Positions 1-18,074 are shown, numbered from the stretch's first letter. The stretch is DNA of 64,000 nt from Eledone cirrhosa (GCA_964016885.1 OZ024740.1:95108001-95172000); one strand, 5' to 3'. Notes: generated by a model not told the origin, from the letters alone. A program made the numbers and translations.

Positions 1-1710
1 AAATAAAATAGTTTATATGTATACTTATTGGTATAAATTTTAGGAAAAGATAGCTGTAAAAGGGAAATAAAAATAATGCAGTTCATTAGTAGTAGAATAT
101 TAATTATAGGTTAAATAATTTTTTAAAAAAATTTATTATAATAATTTGTAAACTGTATATTAAATAGGTTTATAATATTTAAAAGTTCTTCTAATTTTAT
201 GATTACATGATGTAATTAATTCCTGTCGATTATTTAATAGGATATCCTTAGATTTCATTATTTTAAACAGTGCCTGGGAACATAATCTACATTCATATCT
301 ATTATTTTGATAAGGGGTGGCGCTTGTGAGCAGACTCCAGGTCAGTTTATAATCGATTTTTTTTTTCTATAATTATTAATTATTTCAGCTAAGGATGTTG
401 TATTAGCTAATGCGGCATTTTTAAAACGGTGTTTGTGGGTATTAAATCTTACTTTAAGTTGGTTAGAAGTAGCTCCTATATATGAATAAGTTGAGTCCTT
501 AGTGTTCATGTTACGTTTATATACTATGTTATTAATAAGGCAATTTACTTTTAATGGACAATTTGGTTTGTTTCTACAATTACAACATCTCGTGAATGTT
601 GTATCAGAGGAGATAGTCAAATTAGGTGTGGAATTTTCTCGACTTGTTGTATGTGAATGAGATGGTGGTTTGCTGTGGTTTATTTTAGTATTATGGTTAG
701 TTTGATGTATGGATGGTATATTCATGTTTTTTTTATATTTATATGCATTATAGGCACTTATATTTTGTTGTATATTTTTGGTTGTTGAGTAGGAGAATTT
801 GACCGTTGATCTATTTAAAATGTGATGCTATTTATAGTTTGGCGGGAAGTCTTTCTCTAGGATAGTAAAATAATTTTTAGGTATATTATCTTTAATTTGT
901 AGATTAAATAGAGCATTATACCAAGTATCTCGTCTATTACGGTTTTGATGTTGTTTTTTTTATTTTTATACGATGTTTACTAAGAGAATTAGTATTAGTC
1001 ATTTTATTACACATATTTTTAGTTAGATTCATTGATTTAGGTGTTTTAGCCTGATTATTAGGAATTTTGTTATTAACATATATTGCAATATTAGGATGAA
1101 TGGTTTTTTGAAAGTTATTATATTGTATATTAGAACAGTTAGAGAAATTAAGTTTTAAGTTGGTATTTTGGGGTATAGTGTGAGTGGCATTTAGGTGTGT
1201 ATATTTCATTTGGTGTGTGTTGGTAATATTGGGTTGTATGTTTGTAGTATTATTGGTACAAGGTACATATACTAATTTGTTTTTGTGGCCGCTCCTAGCT
1301 AAAGTTTCATTATAAAAGGTCGCATTTTTATCGAATACATCCTGGTTAGATGAAAGGTTAGAAATTCTGAGTGAGATAATATATGCTAGGTTTTTAAGGA
1401 TAGATTTAGGCTGATTAGATTGTGAGTGTATGTAATGTAAGTTTTGGTTAGGTTTATGGTAAGGTTGGTAGATACCCGTAGACAAGTCTAATGTTATATC
1501 AAGGAAATTAACTACTTTACATGTGTTTTCAAAGGTAATATTGAGACTATAATAGTCTTTGAGGAAAGTTCTAATAAGTTTTTTTTTTTTTTTTCAATTT
1601 CTGATAGGCTAAGGTTAGTGGAAAGAAGAAGACAATCGTCACGATATAAACCACCTTTAAGGTGGAGAAAAGAAGCATTTATGTTAAATAGAAGAAAGAG
1701 GCCCACAAGA
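1..1710 (-). mobile_element. Penelope-like retroelement, Naiad-type, degenerate and 5'-truncated (RT C-terminus, thumb, GIY-YIG endonuclease)
   Basis: ORF pieces give GGLYRDDCLLL (RT catalytic motif), YQPYHKPNQNLHYIHSQSNQP (thumb) and CNCRNKPNCPLKVNCLINNIVYK...YIGATSNQLKVRFNTHKHRF (GIY-YIG with CxC-x5-C-x4-C). After a frameshift it reads YECRLCSQ...LNNRQELITSCNH. Frameshifts and stops are present. Confidence 0.9.
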
Positions 1711-1719
1711 TGTACATTC

Positions 1720-2462
<743 letters not shown>

Positions 2463-4594
2463 GAAGGGGGAATCAATATGTGTGTTATTCTGTATAGAAA
2501 TTGTTATCCTTTCAAACGACACTTTACAATATTGAATTGTCTGAGGTGTAAGAACAGGATATGGCTTTCTGGTTGATGAGATTAAAAGGTAATAGGCGAT
2601 ATTAGCTGTTTATTTATCATATTGATTGTTGAAATATCTTTCTAAATGAATAAAATATGTTAAAGTCATTTTTGACAAATGTGAATCATTTATGAGAAAA
2701 AGTGAGGTGACAAACGTTGTATTTGCTCGTAAATTACCGATTCGTCTATGGCTGAATGCACTATTTCCTTTTTTTTATGTTTGCCCATAAACTATGAATG
2801 ATATTACTTGTAATAGACGTTTTGAGTAAGTTTATATTCTCCTGAAACTTTCAATCATATATACAACTTTTATAATGATGTCATGAATAGATAGGTCTCA
2901 TTCTCAGTTTCAAAATACTGACGGGTAGATTGCGACAACAAACTGTTCGAGACTGTAGTTGTTAGAGCCAAATTCCATGCTTATCCCAGCTCTTTCATAT
3001 CGAGGTTGATAAGTATATTGTCTTTGTAGGGATTTTCGGAGACACCATCCATACGACACTTATCAGGATGGCTTGTGTTTAATACTCGCTCCAATTGGGG
3101 TGGGATCACTGATAAATGCAATATCGGTAATTATTGGTAACATTATAATGATCCATGCAATTCCGCTAGCAGGGAACAGTGCTTTTTATTGATGACATTT
3201 AATGTTATCAAATACTTTACTTGAATGCTGTTTTGTTTCCCCAAACAAGTTTTTGTATTTACCTGTTTTGTAGGCTCCATATTATCATATATATTAAACA
3301 GCACTTTGCAAATTGTTCCTACATCTATTCAATGTAATATATATAAATATAAATCTGCTATTGAGAACATACTAGATCTATGTTTGCAATCGAATAACTT
3401 AACATGAATGTTCCATCATATAAATTGTTATTTTGTAATTGTTACATATATATTCAACTAATTTAGGCCTAAATAAAGAACGACTAGCGTCATACATATA
3501 CAAAAGGGTTTGGTTGATTTAACAATATCTCTTATATTGATCACCTTTGTCAACACATCTTCAATGTTCGTTCCTCGATGAATCAGTTAATTTATAGTAA
3601 CAAAAATAAACTGCTTCTACCATCACACAAATTTTTGTTTTAATTTGGACTAATTTTTGCGAAACGCAGAGAAAGATAATTTGAAAATACAATTAAGATT
3701 TTCTTAATTATACTATTTTACAGATCAGTTTTTCCAAAGTCCATACATAAAACAAATACATTTACATTCAGCCTTTAGATTTCGATAAAATCATTTCAAT
3801 GACATTAATGATTATGTTTTAAACAAAGCACATATTAATCTTAAATCAAATGTTTCAAGCTTCGCAAATTGGGACACATTTTTTGAATAACATCTCGGTA
3901 GCTAATATATCTCTTCAATGTGGGTTAAATTTAGATAATCATAGGATCAGCACTAAGTGTGTGCAAAAGCTTCAAGAAACAATTGTACAGCAGGATTTAA
4001 ACATTTTAATATGACAGAAATTACAATCTGCTAAAAGTGAGATGAAATAAAGCAATTAAATTTATCTAATTAAATATTAGTTTGAAATCATAATCCGCTG
4101 CGCAAAATACTTCATATAGATATGTATATACTTTAGAAACAATTGATAATACGGACCATATTTTATAAGAAATGATTAAGACATTCATACCGATTATTTA
4201 GACATCCAAAGCAAAATCAATCGCAATTGTACTCTGAATTTAATATAAATGCTGAACATTTGAAAATGAAGGTAATGGTTAATGAAAAGGGAAAGGATAA
4301 GTTAATTAAAAAAGATTAATATAACTACGAAGATTCAAACATTTCTATACTAACATTACTAGCTTTATTTTTTGCATTTCAGAAAGGATGGCCGAATATT
4401 ATATCGAATTATTATATAAGTTTGGTTAATGAAATCATATATTTTTTTCAATATTACACGCGGATGTTATATCTCAAACACGGACGCAGACAGCCCTATG
4501 CCTTTGTGTATGCACACACACACACACACATATATATATATACATATATGCACAGAGATATATATTTGTGTGTGTGTGTGTGTGTGTGTATGTA

Positions 4595-4668
<74 letters not shown>

Positions 4669-4670
4669 TA

Positions 4671-4716
<46 letters not shown>

Positions 4717-5939
4717 GTGTGTGTCTGTGAGTGTGGGTAAAAATGACATAGTTTATTGAAATATGTTCCTACATGATTTCTTTTCATACATATACTTTAA
4801 ATTACAGTTTCTACAATCATCTCTTACATTCGGAACAACGACACTATGTTAGAATTAGTTAATTTAACTTAGTAATTTTTCCTCTCCATGCTTATATATA
4901 TACTTGTCTTTGAGAATGGGATAGCTTGCTTGAGGCTATAACGTTGACGAAGTTATATTGGAGGCTGTCAAAATGTCTGTGAAGCCAATAACATGAAATT
5001 TAGTGAATGCCCGCCAGGCATAACTGTTCAATAAAAATCTTTTGGCATTTACTTCTCTTTTATTCACAGTAAAGAAAGATAGCTTAGTCATTGCGGAACG
5101 CGGCAATGTTATTTATTTATTAACTTTCAACAGCGAATAACCGAAGGCGAAATTATGTCTCGAACAACTTTCAGAGCAAAATGCAGTTTAGAAATTGATA
5201 AAATGCTTCAATTCTTTTCTTTCCTCAAAATGAGAATGAAAAAGAATGAATACTAAATAAAACATACATAAAGAAAATGAAGGTAAAGTTTTATGAATGA
5301 ATTATATTAAATACACAATGTTGTAACCATTTAACATTTGTATCAATGCTGTATTACTGAGCATTGTATCTGCATCGTATGCATAATAAATTCGTATTAA
5401 AATTGATTTAAAAGGTCATTTCATAAATGCGATATTATTATCGCCTCTATATCGTTGTGGCCATCAGAGGAAAATCACACACAGAAAATAATAAATGAAT
5501 GATCCATATACATTTTTTTTTTATTAATAGCCTTCTAGAAGTTCATTTAGAATATTTCCATTTGCCACACGTATATCGCTTCAGGGTTTAACAAGTAAAG
5601 TATAATAAAATTCATCACACATCGGATTGTTATCCAAGTTCTGACTACTCAATCATTATATTATGTTTACCTCATATCCATATTTGCTTAGATCATAGGA
5701 AATCCGAAATTTATTAATATTTATTAAACTATGTCTTGTATTTATTATAATGAAGGCTCAACTTAAGGAATACATACACTATAGATGTACTTGCATTGTC
5801 CAATATGTAAAAGTTAATCAATTGTTATTGGACAAAAAGTACTTATTCCAATTTGTTTCTAGTAAATATTTTAGAGAGCTTCTAAAGTGTGCTTATCGTC
5901 CAATTAACACAGGCAAAACCCTAAAACACGAGTAGGTTA

Positions 5940-6135
5940 TGCTTGGAAGGAAGGTTGGCTGGTAAGAGAAGCAGAGGCTGTCAGCCAAAACAATGGCTTG
6001 ATAATGTCAACTTATGTACTGGACTTGATCTTTCCTCTTTAACATCTGCTGCTGGTGATCGAAATGTGTGGACAAAAATATCTCATGCTGTGATACCCAG
6101 TCTGCAACTGGGGGAGGTTCGCATCAGAAGAAGAA
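5940..6135 (+). mobile_element. LINE (RTE-like) 3'-end fragment
   Basis: LEGRLAGKRSRGCQPKQWLDNVNLCTGLDL...AAGDRNVW is a typical RTE C-terminus and is homologous to the 57830-58050 tail. Confidence 0.7.
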
Positions 6136-6936
6136 ATATTTCAGATATGTCTTTATACTCAACTTCAAATAAATTATTGAACTGATTATTAAATATATCT
6201 CTTTAAATAATCGTTAACTGTTTCAAACATTTCATTTGTACGGTGCAATAAGGGCAAGCGAAGATATTTAGTTTGATTCAACTTAACAAGATAATTTTGA
6301 CTAACTTTTTGTGAGGTTGGTGAATATGTCCACCTATTTCTGATTATTTGATGGAATTCGCACTGACCATCAGGTCAGTTGTCTGATAGAAATAGCCTTA
6401 TCCCTTAACGGATTAAACAAGTCATCTGATATTTGCTTTAAGGCGATCTGCAATTTTCTGATTTTTATTTCAGTTCATGTATTTTAACAAGTAAATATTG
6501 AATTATATACAACTTTTCCTATATGAAAGAGGCAATTGGCTAGTGTGTCTGGAGTGTTTCTGCGATATCATGACTGAATAAACAGACATTTGTGTAGAGA
6601 GGCAAATCGAATACTTGTCTCTATTATGTTTCCTTTCCAGCGAGGTTTTAGGAAGAAATATCTTTCAGGAACTGAAGCCTATGGATCCCTTCTCATTCTC
6701 GATGCAACACAAAATATTGCCGAACTGATTTAATTACGATTAACCATCTCTATATAAGGTAAACGTAATGTGGATATTATTTGGTTTATATTTTAAGAAT
6801 AATTTTGATCTCCAAAATCCATAATGTATATATCAGACTCAAAAAAGACCATCCTTTAAGATATGACCAAACATTCATGTTGAAAAAAAAAAAAAAAATA
6901 TATATATATATTTAATATAATACAATATATGATATA

Positions 6937-7026
<90 letters not shown>

Positions 7027-7176
7027 TTCATCTGAATGAAACAGTACTAGTCCTGTAGAAGTTCCTTCTATAAAATAAAAAAAATTTACTCTGCCATGTA
7101 TTGAGTACCTTACTTACTGTAGTTATCCCCGACTCAACCCGGGACCTACGTATATACGTGTATATATATATAAATG

Positions 7177-7362
<186 letters not shown>

Positions 7363-8314
7363 TTAAGGGGCAGGCTGTTGTTGCTGAAAACGAAGTGTTG
7401 GAAGGTAAACGGGACGTAAACAATAGAAGAAAAGTATCCCGTCATCAGCTCATTACAACATATCATAGTTTCGGCGCATAAAACAGATCATCGATCTGTA
7501 GCGCAGACATGGCCTTTTATCAATCTAATGGCCATGAATGAAAGATGTGGTAGTGAAGAGAGAGGAAGAAGCAAAAACGGAAAAGAGGAAAAAATGACGT
7601 AAATATACTGATAGAAGTTGAGACGCAGGAGTATGGCACATGAAGGTAAGTAACCGAAAGGAAAGTGGAATAAGTTATAATAAGCCGATGGGTATAAGCC
7701 CGTTGGTATTGATAACTACGGACAAGATTTTTCCGAGTAAAGTGAGGGATGAGAGAGAGAAAAACGGAGACACCTGAAGTGAGAGGGAGTGAACAAGAGG
7801 GGGGGGGGGTGAAAGGGAATATATATATATATATTTCGACAGCTAGATTCATTCGGATTTAGCTGTCGAAACCTTTAGACATCAACCTTCGAGGTCCTGA
7901 CGCTTTTCTTATTACTAATTCTACTACAGAAACTGTTCAGTACTCTGCTGCATTATGCTCCACCTGGTATCCGACCACAACCACAAGCATCAGGAAAGTA
8001 ACTGTCAATGTAATGTTGCGGTATTAAAACATTTTCTGGTCGTAGGAGAGGTTGTTGATTGGGATGGGTGGATATCATTGTTTGGTGGGTTTAAAAAAGG
8101 GGATTTCTTAACAACTATATTTATAGAAAAGTGATAGGTAATCAAAAGCATAAGTAAATTCAAGCTAAGTACCTGTAGAAAAAATACAAACACATTGAGA
8201 AGCACTCCTGAATATTTGGATTCATTTATTCCATGCAAACAATGGTTATACATTGGTATGGACAGCAAAAGGTGTCAGGTGTCTATAATCACACACACAC
8301 TCATATATATATAC

Positions 8315-8360
<46 letters not shown>

Positions 8361-8460
8361 GTACATGAGTGCGTACATGTACAAACACACACACACACTT
8401 ACACCACACACACACACGCAAACATATATACATGGTAAATATATATGTGTATATATATAT

Positions 8461-8527
<67 letters not shown>

Positions 8528-8654
8528 TGTATATAGATATACACATACATACATACATACATACATACATACACACTCATACATGTGTATGAATAAAATA
8601 AAAAAATAAAAAAGGCATAAAGGGACGGGTTGACAGCGAAAGAAGGGGAAAAAT

Positions 8655-8706
<52 letters not shown>

Positions 8707-8784
8707 GTTCTACATTTTTGAGACGAGGAATTATTTACATTATATATATTGGACGGATAGGTGTCCTCATCCTGTTTAGTTGTT

Positions 8785-8831
8785 AACACAACGTTTCGGT
8801 TGATGTACTCTCCAGCCTTCATCGGGTGTCC
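8785..8831 (-). ncRNA. Minimal type I hammerhead motif (U4C variant)
   Basis: ggacac-CCGATGA-aggctg gagagtacat caacc-GAAAC-GTT-gtgtt, with palindromic stem III aacgtt. Confidence 0.65.
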
Positions 8832-9763
8832 TAGTGAAGTTATTATTAACGTGTGTTCAGGTCACTACCTAGAATTGTACTCGGAATCTTCAGGTTAGTA
8901 GGCCGCCTTTTCACCACTTTTTTTTCTTTCTTCGTGATTGTTTTTTTCATTTTTCTTTTTTTTTTTTAGGGCTTATTAACTGATATTTTTCTATCCTTCC
9001 TCAATACCGGTTCCTTATATTACTCATATCTGCACTAGCTCTGCTTTTGAGGTTATTGTGGCCTAGTATATGTGGTGCCTCTGTTAGGTTTCGTGTTTTC
9101 CAGTAGTGGTCTCTGTCAATTATTTAACCTTCATCCCACAGGGGAAGGTGGTTTCCCTTCTACAATACATGATTAGCTATTGCCGGTTTATCAATCTCTC
9201 CTTGTGTCACAGCTTTACGATGTTCTTCTACCCTTATTTTGAAGGGGTGGCCGGTTTTACCTTTCTATAACCTACCACAACTGCATGGGATGGAGTACAC
9301 GCAGTCCTTGGTCATATTCTCTTCTATTGGTGGTTCTACCCGAAGGAGATATTTGCGAAGTGTTGTATTACTCTTGAATACTGTCCTGATGTCATATGGA
9401 CCGCATATCTTTTGTATTTTTTCGAGAGGCCTTTCACATAGGGTAGACAGACTGTGGTCAGATCTTTCCTAATTGGAGTGGATAATATGTGGGATGAAGT
9501 TAAAATAATAGACAGAGGACCTCACTGGAAAAAAGGAAAATTAAAAGAGGCAGTACAATAACCTCCTGAGCAGACCTAGTGCATATATGAGAAGTATATG
9601 GGAACCGGTATTGAGGAAGCATAGTTTATAATCCCTAAAAAGAATATATATTAAATGAAATAATTCACGAGAAAAAAAAAGGTTAACATCGGGCTACTAA
9701 CCTCAAGATTCCGAGTACAATTCTAGACAGTGACCTGAACAAACGTTAATAATAACATCACTA

Positions 9764-9810
9764 GGAGACCTGATGAGGGCTGGAGAGTACATCACCCGGA
9801 ACATTGTGTT
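9764..9810 (+). ncRNA. Minimal type I hammerhead motif, degenerate
   Basis: ggagac-CTGATGA-gggctg gagagtacat caccc-GGAAC-ATT-gtgtt. Its lesions differ from those of the 8785 copy, so the consensus core is canonical. Confidence 0.6.
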
Positions 9811-9877
9811 AACAACTAAACAAGATGAGGACACCTATCCGTCCAAAATATATAATATATATATATATGTATATATG

Positions 9878-9921
<44 letters not shown>

Positions 9922-9928
<7 letters not shown>

Positions 9929-10072
9929 GTGATGTTTTTTATACAAATTGAAAAATAACCGAGGTGTCCTACACGAGTGAAAGTATAAAGAAAAAGAGAT
10001 GAAATCGAAAATGCAACTGGAGTCTTATTTTTAAAAAAAAATAAGACTCCAGTTGCATTTTCGATTTCATCT

Positions 10073-10145
<73 letters not shown>

Positions 10146-10290
10146 GAGATGAAATCGAAAATGCAACTGGAGTCTTATTTTTTTTTAAAAATAAGACTCC
10201 AGTTGCATTTTCGATTTCATCTCTTTTTCTTTATACTTTCACTCGTGTAGGACACCTCGGTTATTTTTCAATTTGTATAAAAAACCTCAC

Positions 10291-10297
<7 letters not shown>
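9922..10297. repeat. Nested near-perfect palindrome around a (TA)n core
   Basis: Arrangement A-B-B'-(TA)n-B-B'-A'. A diverged single-arm homolog lies at about 13240-13345. Confidence 0.92.
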
Positions 10298-11522
<1,225 letters not shown>

Positions 11523-11565
11523 ATACTTTGGGAGGGTCATGTTGCCAATAACAACTTCAGAAACG

Positions 11566-11599
<34 letters not shown>

Positions 11600-13150
11600 T
11601 AATAAAAACAAAGAACAAATTCTCTACTTTAAAAATTCATCATTTTACCTTCGTTTTTTGAATGTATATGTGTGTTGGTATGTATACCATATAGATGTAG
11701 AAATATTACACATTATCAGAGGAAATATACATTCCTTCACATATACATACTGACTTCAGAATTTATGAGATTTGTTTATTGAAAAAAACAACAAAAGTTT
11801 AATATAAAAGATCTGTTTGGGAACAGGTTTTGAATTGACCAATAGAAAAGTAGTTAGAGGTCAAGTTGATAGCATAGTGGTAGTAGAAATTTAATTTAAG
11901 GGTAGAGGAGTGCAGACTTATGTTTTGAATGAAAAGAATACTTTGAATTAAAAGAATACTTTGGGCATGAAAGAGGTCAAGCCTGTAAAGTGTACACGAA
12001 AAGTTGATGTTATTAAAGAACAATGTAAAAAACGAAGGAAAATAACATTTTAGGCTAAGGGTATTAGTGAGAAATACCAATCTTATTTAAACCACAAGGA
12101 ATCTAGATCTATAACAAGAAATTAAATTAATTGATAGGTATACTTATAGGGATACATTTATATTAATTCATATGAATGTGATAAATAAAAATTCGATGTT
12201 ATTAAAGAGTGTTTTTGAAAACGAAGGAAAGTAACATTTTGGCATAAGGGTGGGAGGGAGAAATACCAATCTTATATAAACTACAAGGAATCTAGATTTA
12301 TAACAGGAAATTAAATTAATTTATAGGTATACTTTTAGGTAAAGAGAGCTGTAAGAGGGAAATGCAATTATTAAGTTCTCTGTAGTAAAGTACTAATTAT
12401 AGGTTAACTGAATTTAAAAAAAATAATTATACCAATATGTAAAATATAAGAGTAAGGTGAATATTCATTAGGTTTATAATATTTGAAGATTCTTCTAATT
12501 CTATGATTGCAAGATATAATTAATCCCTGTCGCATATTTAATAGGATATCCTTAGATTTCCTGATTTCAAAAAGCTGCTGGGAGCATAACCTACACTCGT
12601 ATCTGTTATTTTGATAAGGGGTGTCCCTGTTGAACACGCTCCAGGTCAGATTGTAATCGATATTCTTCTTTCTATAATTATTAATTGTTTCAGCCAAGGA
12701 TGTTGTATTAGCTAATGCAGTATTTTTAAAACTATGTTTGTGGGTATTAAATCTTACTTTAAATTGATTAGACGTAACTCCTATATATGAATAAGTGGAG
12801 TCCTTAGTGCTAATTTTACATGTATAGACTATGTTATTAATAAGACAATTTCCCTTTAATGGGCAATTTCTTTTGGTTCTACAGTTACAAAAATTCGTCA
12901 ATATTATATCAGGGGAGGTAGTCAAATTTGGTGTGGAATTTACTCGACTTGTTATAGGTGAAGGAGATAGCGGTTTGTTGCGGTTTATTTTAGTATTATG
13001 GTTGGTTTGGTGTGTTGGTGGTATATTTGTGGTGTGTTTACTTCTATATGCGTTGTACGCACTTATATTTTGTTGCATAATTTTGGAAGCAGAGTAGGAA
13101 AATTTGAGAGTTGATCTATTTAAAATATGATGGTATTTATGGTTTCGCGC
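11600..13150 (-). mobile_element. Naiad-type PLE 3' fragment with pLTR
   Basis: A GIY-YIG ORF is followed by a 3' UTR with a direct duplication (about 12000-12150 and 12190-12340) and a degenerate long-stem-II HHR (about 11636-11765, CTGAAGT...AAAAC gaag GTA aaatgatga). It ends in (TA)n. Confidence 0.88.
12404..13078 (-). pseudogene. PLE GIY-YIG endonuclease domain (5'-truncated ORF)
   Basis: CNCRTKRNCPLKGNCLINNIVYTCKI...YIGVTSNQFKVRFNTHKHSF...YECRLCSQ...ISCNH. Confidence 0.88.
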
Positions 13151-13440
13151 GAAGTACCTTTGAAATATATATAATAAAGTATTTATATATACATATATAT
13201 AATATATATATATAATTGAACCTTGAAATATACATATAAGAAAGTGATGTTTTCTTCAAAAATTTAAAAATGAAATGAGTTATCCTACACGAGTGAAAGT
13301 ATAGGGGAAAAAAGATGAAATCGAAAGTGCAACAGAGGTCTTTCTTTTTTTTTAATATATATTTATTTGATTCCTTTACCGGTTTCGCAGTTCTTCTGCT
13401 TTCAAAAGTAGAATTCGGATGGAGGGTTTGTGGTTTGTGT

Positions 13441-13477
<37 letters not shown>

Positions 13478-13667
13478 TTCAAGGTTCAATTATGCTAAGC
13501 AGGCGAACAGGAAATTGTTTAAGTGGGTGTGTTAACATGGTGTGTGAAGTATATAGAATGGTCAGGATTTGTAATCACACACATACACACGCGCACACAC
13601 ACATACTCGCACCCATACACACATACACACATTCACACAAAACACAAATACACACACACACACACAC

Positions 13668-13704
<37 letters not shown>

Positions 13705-14074
13705 GTGGCTGCCAACTCGTTTTCGAGTACGGCCACTACATTATATCCATGTAGGAGAACCCCTACCGATACGCTCAACGAGTGTGACTTTTTAGTCCAG
13801 CCAGCGACTTGAAAACTCTGGTACAAACATTACACTTGTGACAATTATTGACACATGGTGCTGGGCCCATGGTTCTATGTGACGACAAGTGCAGAGAGAT
13901 CTCCAGATACAAAGCAATGCCTGCACCGTGAAGGTTTTATAGTGAGCAAAGGCACTACACAAAGCCAGTCGCACTCTCTTAACCAATATGATATTTACCG
14001 AAACGAAGAACAAGTCAATATCATTGGATACCATAAGGGTTGCCTTTGTCAAGGTAGAATTCTAGGAAAAGGAA

Positions 14075-14130
<56 letters not shown>

Positions 14131-14158
14131 CATATATATATATATATAATACATATAC

Positions 14159-14261
<103 letters not shown>

Positions 14262-14271
14262 ATACATATAC

Positions 14272-14338
<67 letters not shown>

Positions 14339-14860
14339 AGAAATTATAAAATAAGAAGTAATAGACACATATATATAACTATTTCTTCTTTAAATTCCCG
14401 ACTGCACAGTTTCTTCACAGATATTTTTTGTATATAATAAGAAAGTGTGTGTGCAGTAAAATAGATATAGCAATGAGAAGCTTCTATTTGCTATTTCTAT
14501 TTTACTGCACAAACACTTTCTTATTATATACAAAAAATACCTAACCACTGCAACCTCCATAATACTCTTACTTACCCACGTAAAGTGCATGTATTACATG
14601 TAACACTCTGCCACACAATAATCATATATGAATGAGACACACGTAACTAACGCATACAATAACTACTACATCTGACTAAGAAACTATCCTCTTGCATTAT
14701 CTATGTTAACTGCCGAATGTATTTTAATTTTGTTTTAATTTTGTATTAATGTTGGTTTAATTTTGATATTGATTTTGACTGTACATCAATATATACATAT
14801 GTATATGTATGCCTATTGCGTTGGAAAGGAGGTCCACCAGGTTTACAAACATTGAAAAAT

Positions 14861-14905
14861 GCTCTGAAGACACCAAACCTAGGTTTGGATTAAACCATTG
14901 TAAGT
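14861..14905 (+). ncRNA. Degenerate hammerhead motif at the end of an ORF-less repeat (about 14340-14942)
   Basis: gct-CTGAAGA-ca-ccaaacctaggtttgg-at-TAAAC-catt-GTA-agt. It has a G12U lesion and lies about 40 nt from (TA)n. Confidence 0.45.
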
Positions 14906-14940
14906 GAATAATTGCTTTGAACATAGTTTTCATTCTTGTG

Positions 14941-14986
<46 letters not shown>

Positions 14987-16509
14987 TTTTAATGAAATAA
15001 ACGCAAATTAATTTCTGTAGACTTTGTGAATTTAGTTGTGTTGGATTTTTCCCGTGAGGTGAGAAATGACATTCATAATATAAAAAGTAGAAAATGATTA
15101 TAATATATATCCATGGGAAACAATTTCTCAGAAGTTTATGAAAATATTATGGAACTAATAGATTTCTTATTGAAGTTATTTAAATGTGATTTTATTCTAT
15201 CAATCTATGCTTCCAGGAACGAAGGGACTTTGAACAAAGATAATCTACCCGCTGTCATATATTTTCCTTTCTTTCAGTGATTTCTGAGGGGAAAAATATC
15301 ATTCATATATTTATCATTTACATTATAGAAGTGTACCTGGTTTTTCAGGTATTTCTAATTAATGGTTTTTATTGCTCACATACATTTATGGTCACTCACT
15401 TTGTTGTAATAGGCAAAATAGAGTTGTTCAATGTTTATATATTCACTTTATTTAGATTCTACTCGAAATTTCAATATTAATGTTGGGTGCTCTTCATATA
15501 ATGATACTACATCATATTATTGTCAGTCCAATGCAGGCATTATACAAAACGATGCTTGATTTCAATTCTCTGGTGGTTCATCAATGTTTGCTTGTAAAGA
15601 ATTATAATAAAACCAATCCTAATGAATCACTTTCCAAATCCTGTTTGAATATCGAAAATCTTTATACGGAAATAATATAATCATAAGATATGAAACAATT
15701 TTAGTTGATTATTAAATGAGACAATTATTTGATTCTTTGAAATTTCGGTGTTATTTTAAACGATTATATTATTAATCATTGATGAATCCGAAACATATTT
15801 AAATTAATGAATGTAGTTTTGAACTAAATCTGAATTTGCAAATGAATCAAAAGGGGTAGTGAATACTGGTAAGAGTGATTCAGATTTAACAATACTGTGT
15901 TGAGAAATACTTGTAGCGGAGAAGTATCCAATTATGCTTGCGAAAAACAATTGGTGCAAAAAAGAAAATTATATTTTGCATAAATCAATTAAAATTATAA
16001 TTAATTCTCAAGAGCTGGCAATTAATAACAACCTTTCATTACGACTCATTTAGAAATTTAGAAATAATACAAAAATATACAAATTAAGCGATCAAAAAAA
16101 TTAACATATTGGAGACTACCGTGTATTTACGCAGGATGACATACATTGATTTAAAGAGGTGATGAATTAGCAGGAATATTAAGCCCATTTCATTTATGAA
16201 GAAGAATTGCTTGCTGAAATGTACACATAAAAAACCTTCCAAATTTAATTGTATAATAGTTAACAAGAACTAACATGGAAGGCTCGTCTTCTGTAACATT
16301 TCTCTTAGGTTTTAGTTTGCATGTAGTTCATTTTATATGCCATAACAGTTATATTATTGTTATATCTCAGGAATGTAGCAATGTCCGATCACTTATGACA
16401 ATGGGGAATGTACATCTGCAGTTAGAGAACACAGTGTCACTATCGAAACCTAGATAAACTGTTTTTCTATATATATTTTCTCACTAATGAATAGCTTCTA
16501 AAAAAATGT

Positions 16510-17870
<1,361 letters not shown>

Positions 17871-17871
17871 T

Positions 17872-17927
<56 letters not shown>

Positions 17928-17941
17928 TTGTTAATATCGTA

Positions 17942-17999
<58 letters not shown>

Positions 18000-18074
18000 T
18001 AACCATACATATATATATATATATTATTCAAAATGTTAACAAATGGAAAATATTCGCATAATCAAAATATATAC

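Larger units (their letters stand above)
8745..9850. mobile_element. Penelope-like element (non-Naiad GIY-YIG) 3' fragment with inverted partial copy
   Basis: The minus strand near 9020-9145 reads PLWDEG*IIDRDHYWKTRNLTEAPHI, and the plus strand near 9488-9555 reads WDEVKIIDRGPHWKKGKLKEA. Arms 8745-8910 and 9690-9850 are inverted repeats. Confidence 0.8.

Noticed and set aside
6641-6758. Possible host exon (polypyrimidine-AG ... AG/GTAAAC)
   Set aside because: It has stops in all three frames and no recognisable protein or partner exons.
7440-7530. Hammerhead-like pieces on the minus strand (ttgataaaaggc...gccGAAAC and a separate CTGATGA)
   Set aside because: The core halves are too degenerate or in the wrong order, and stems I and III do not close.
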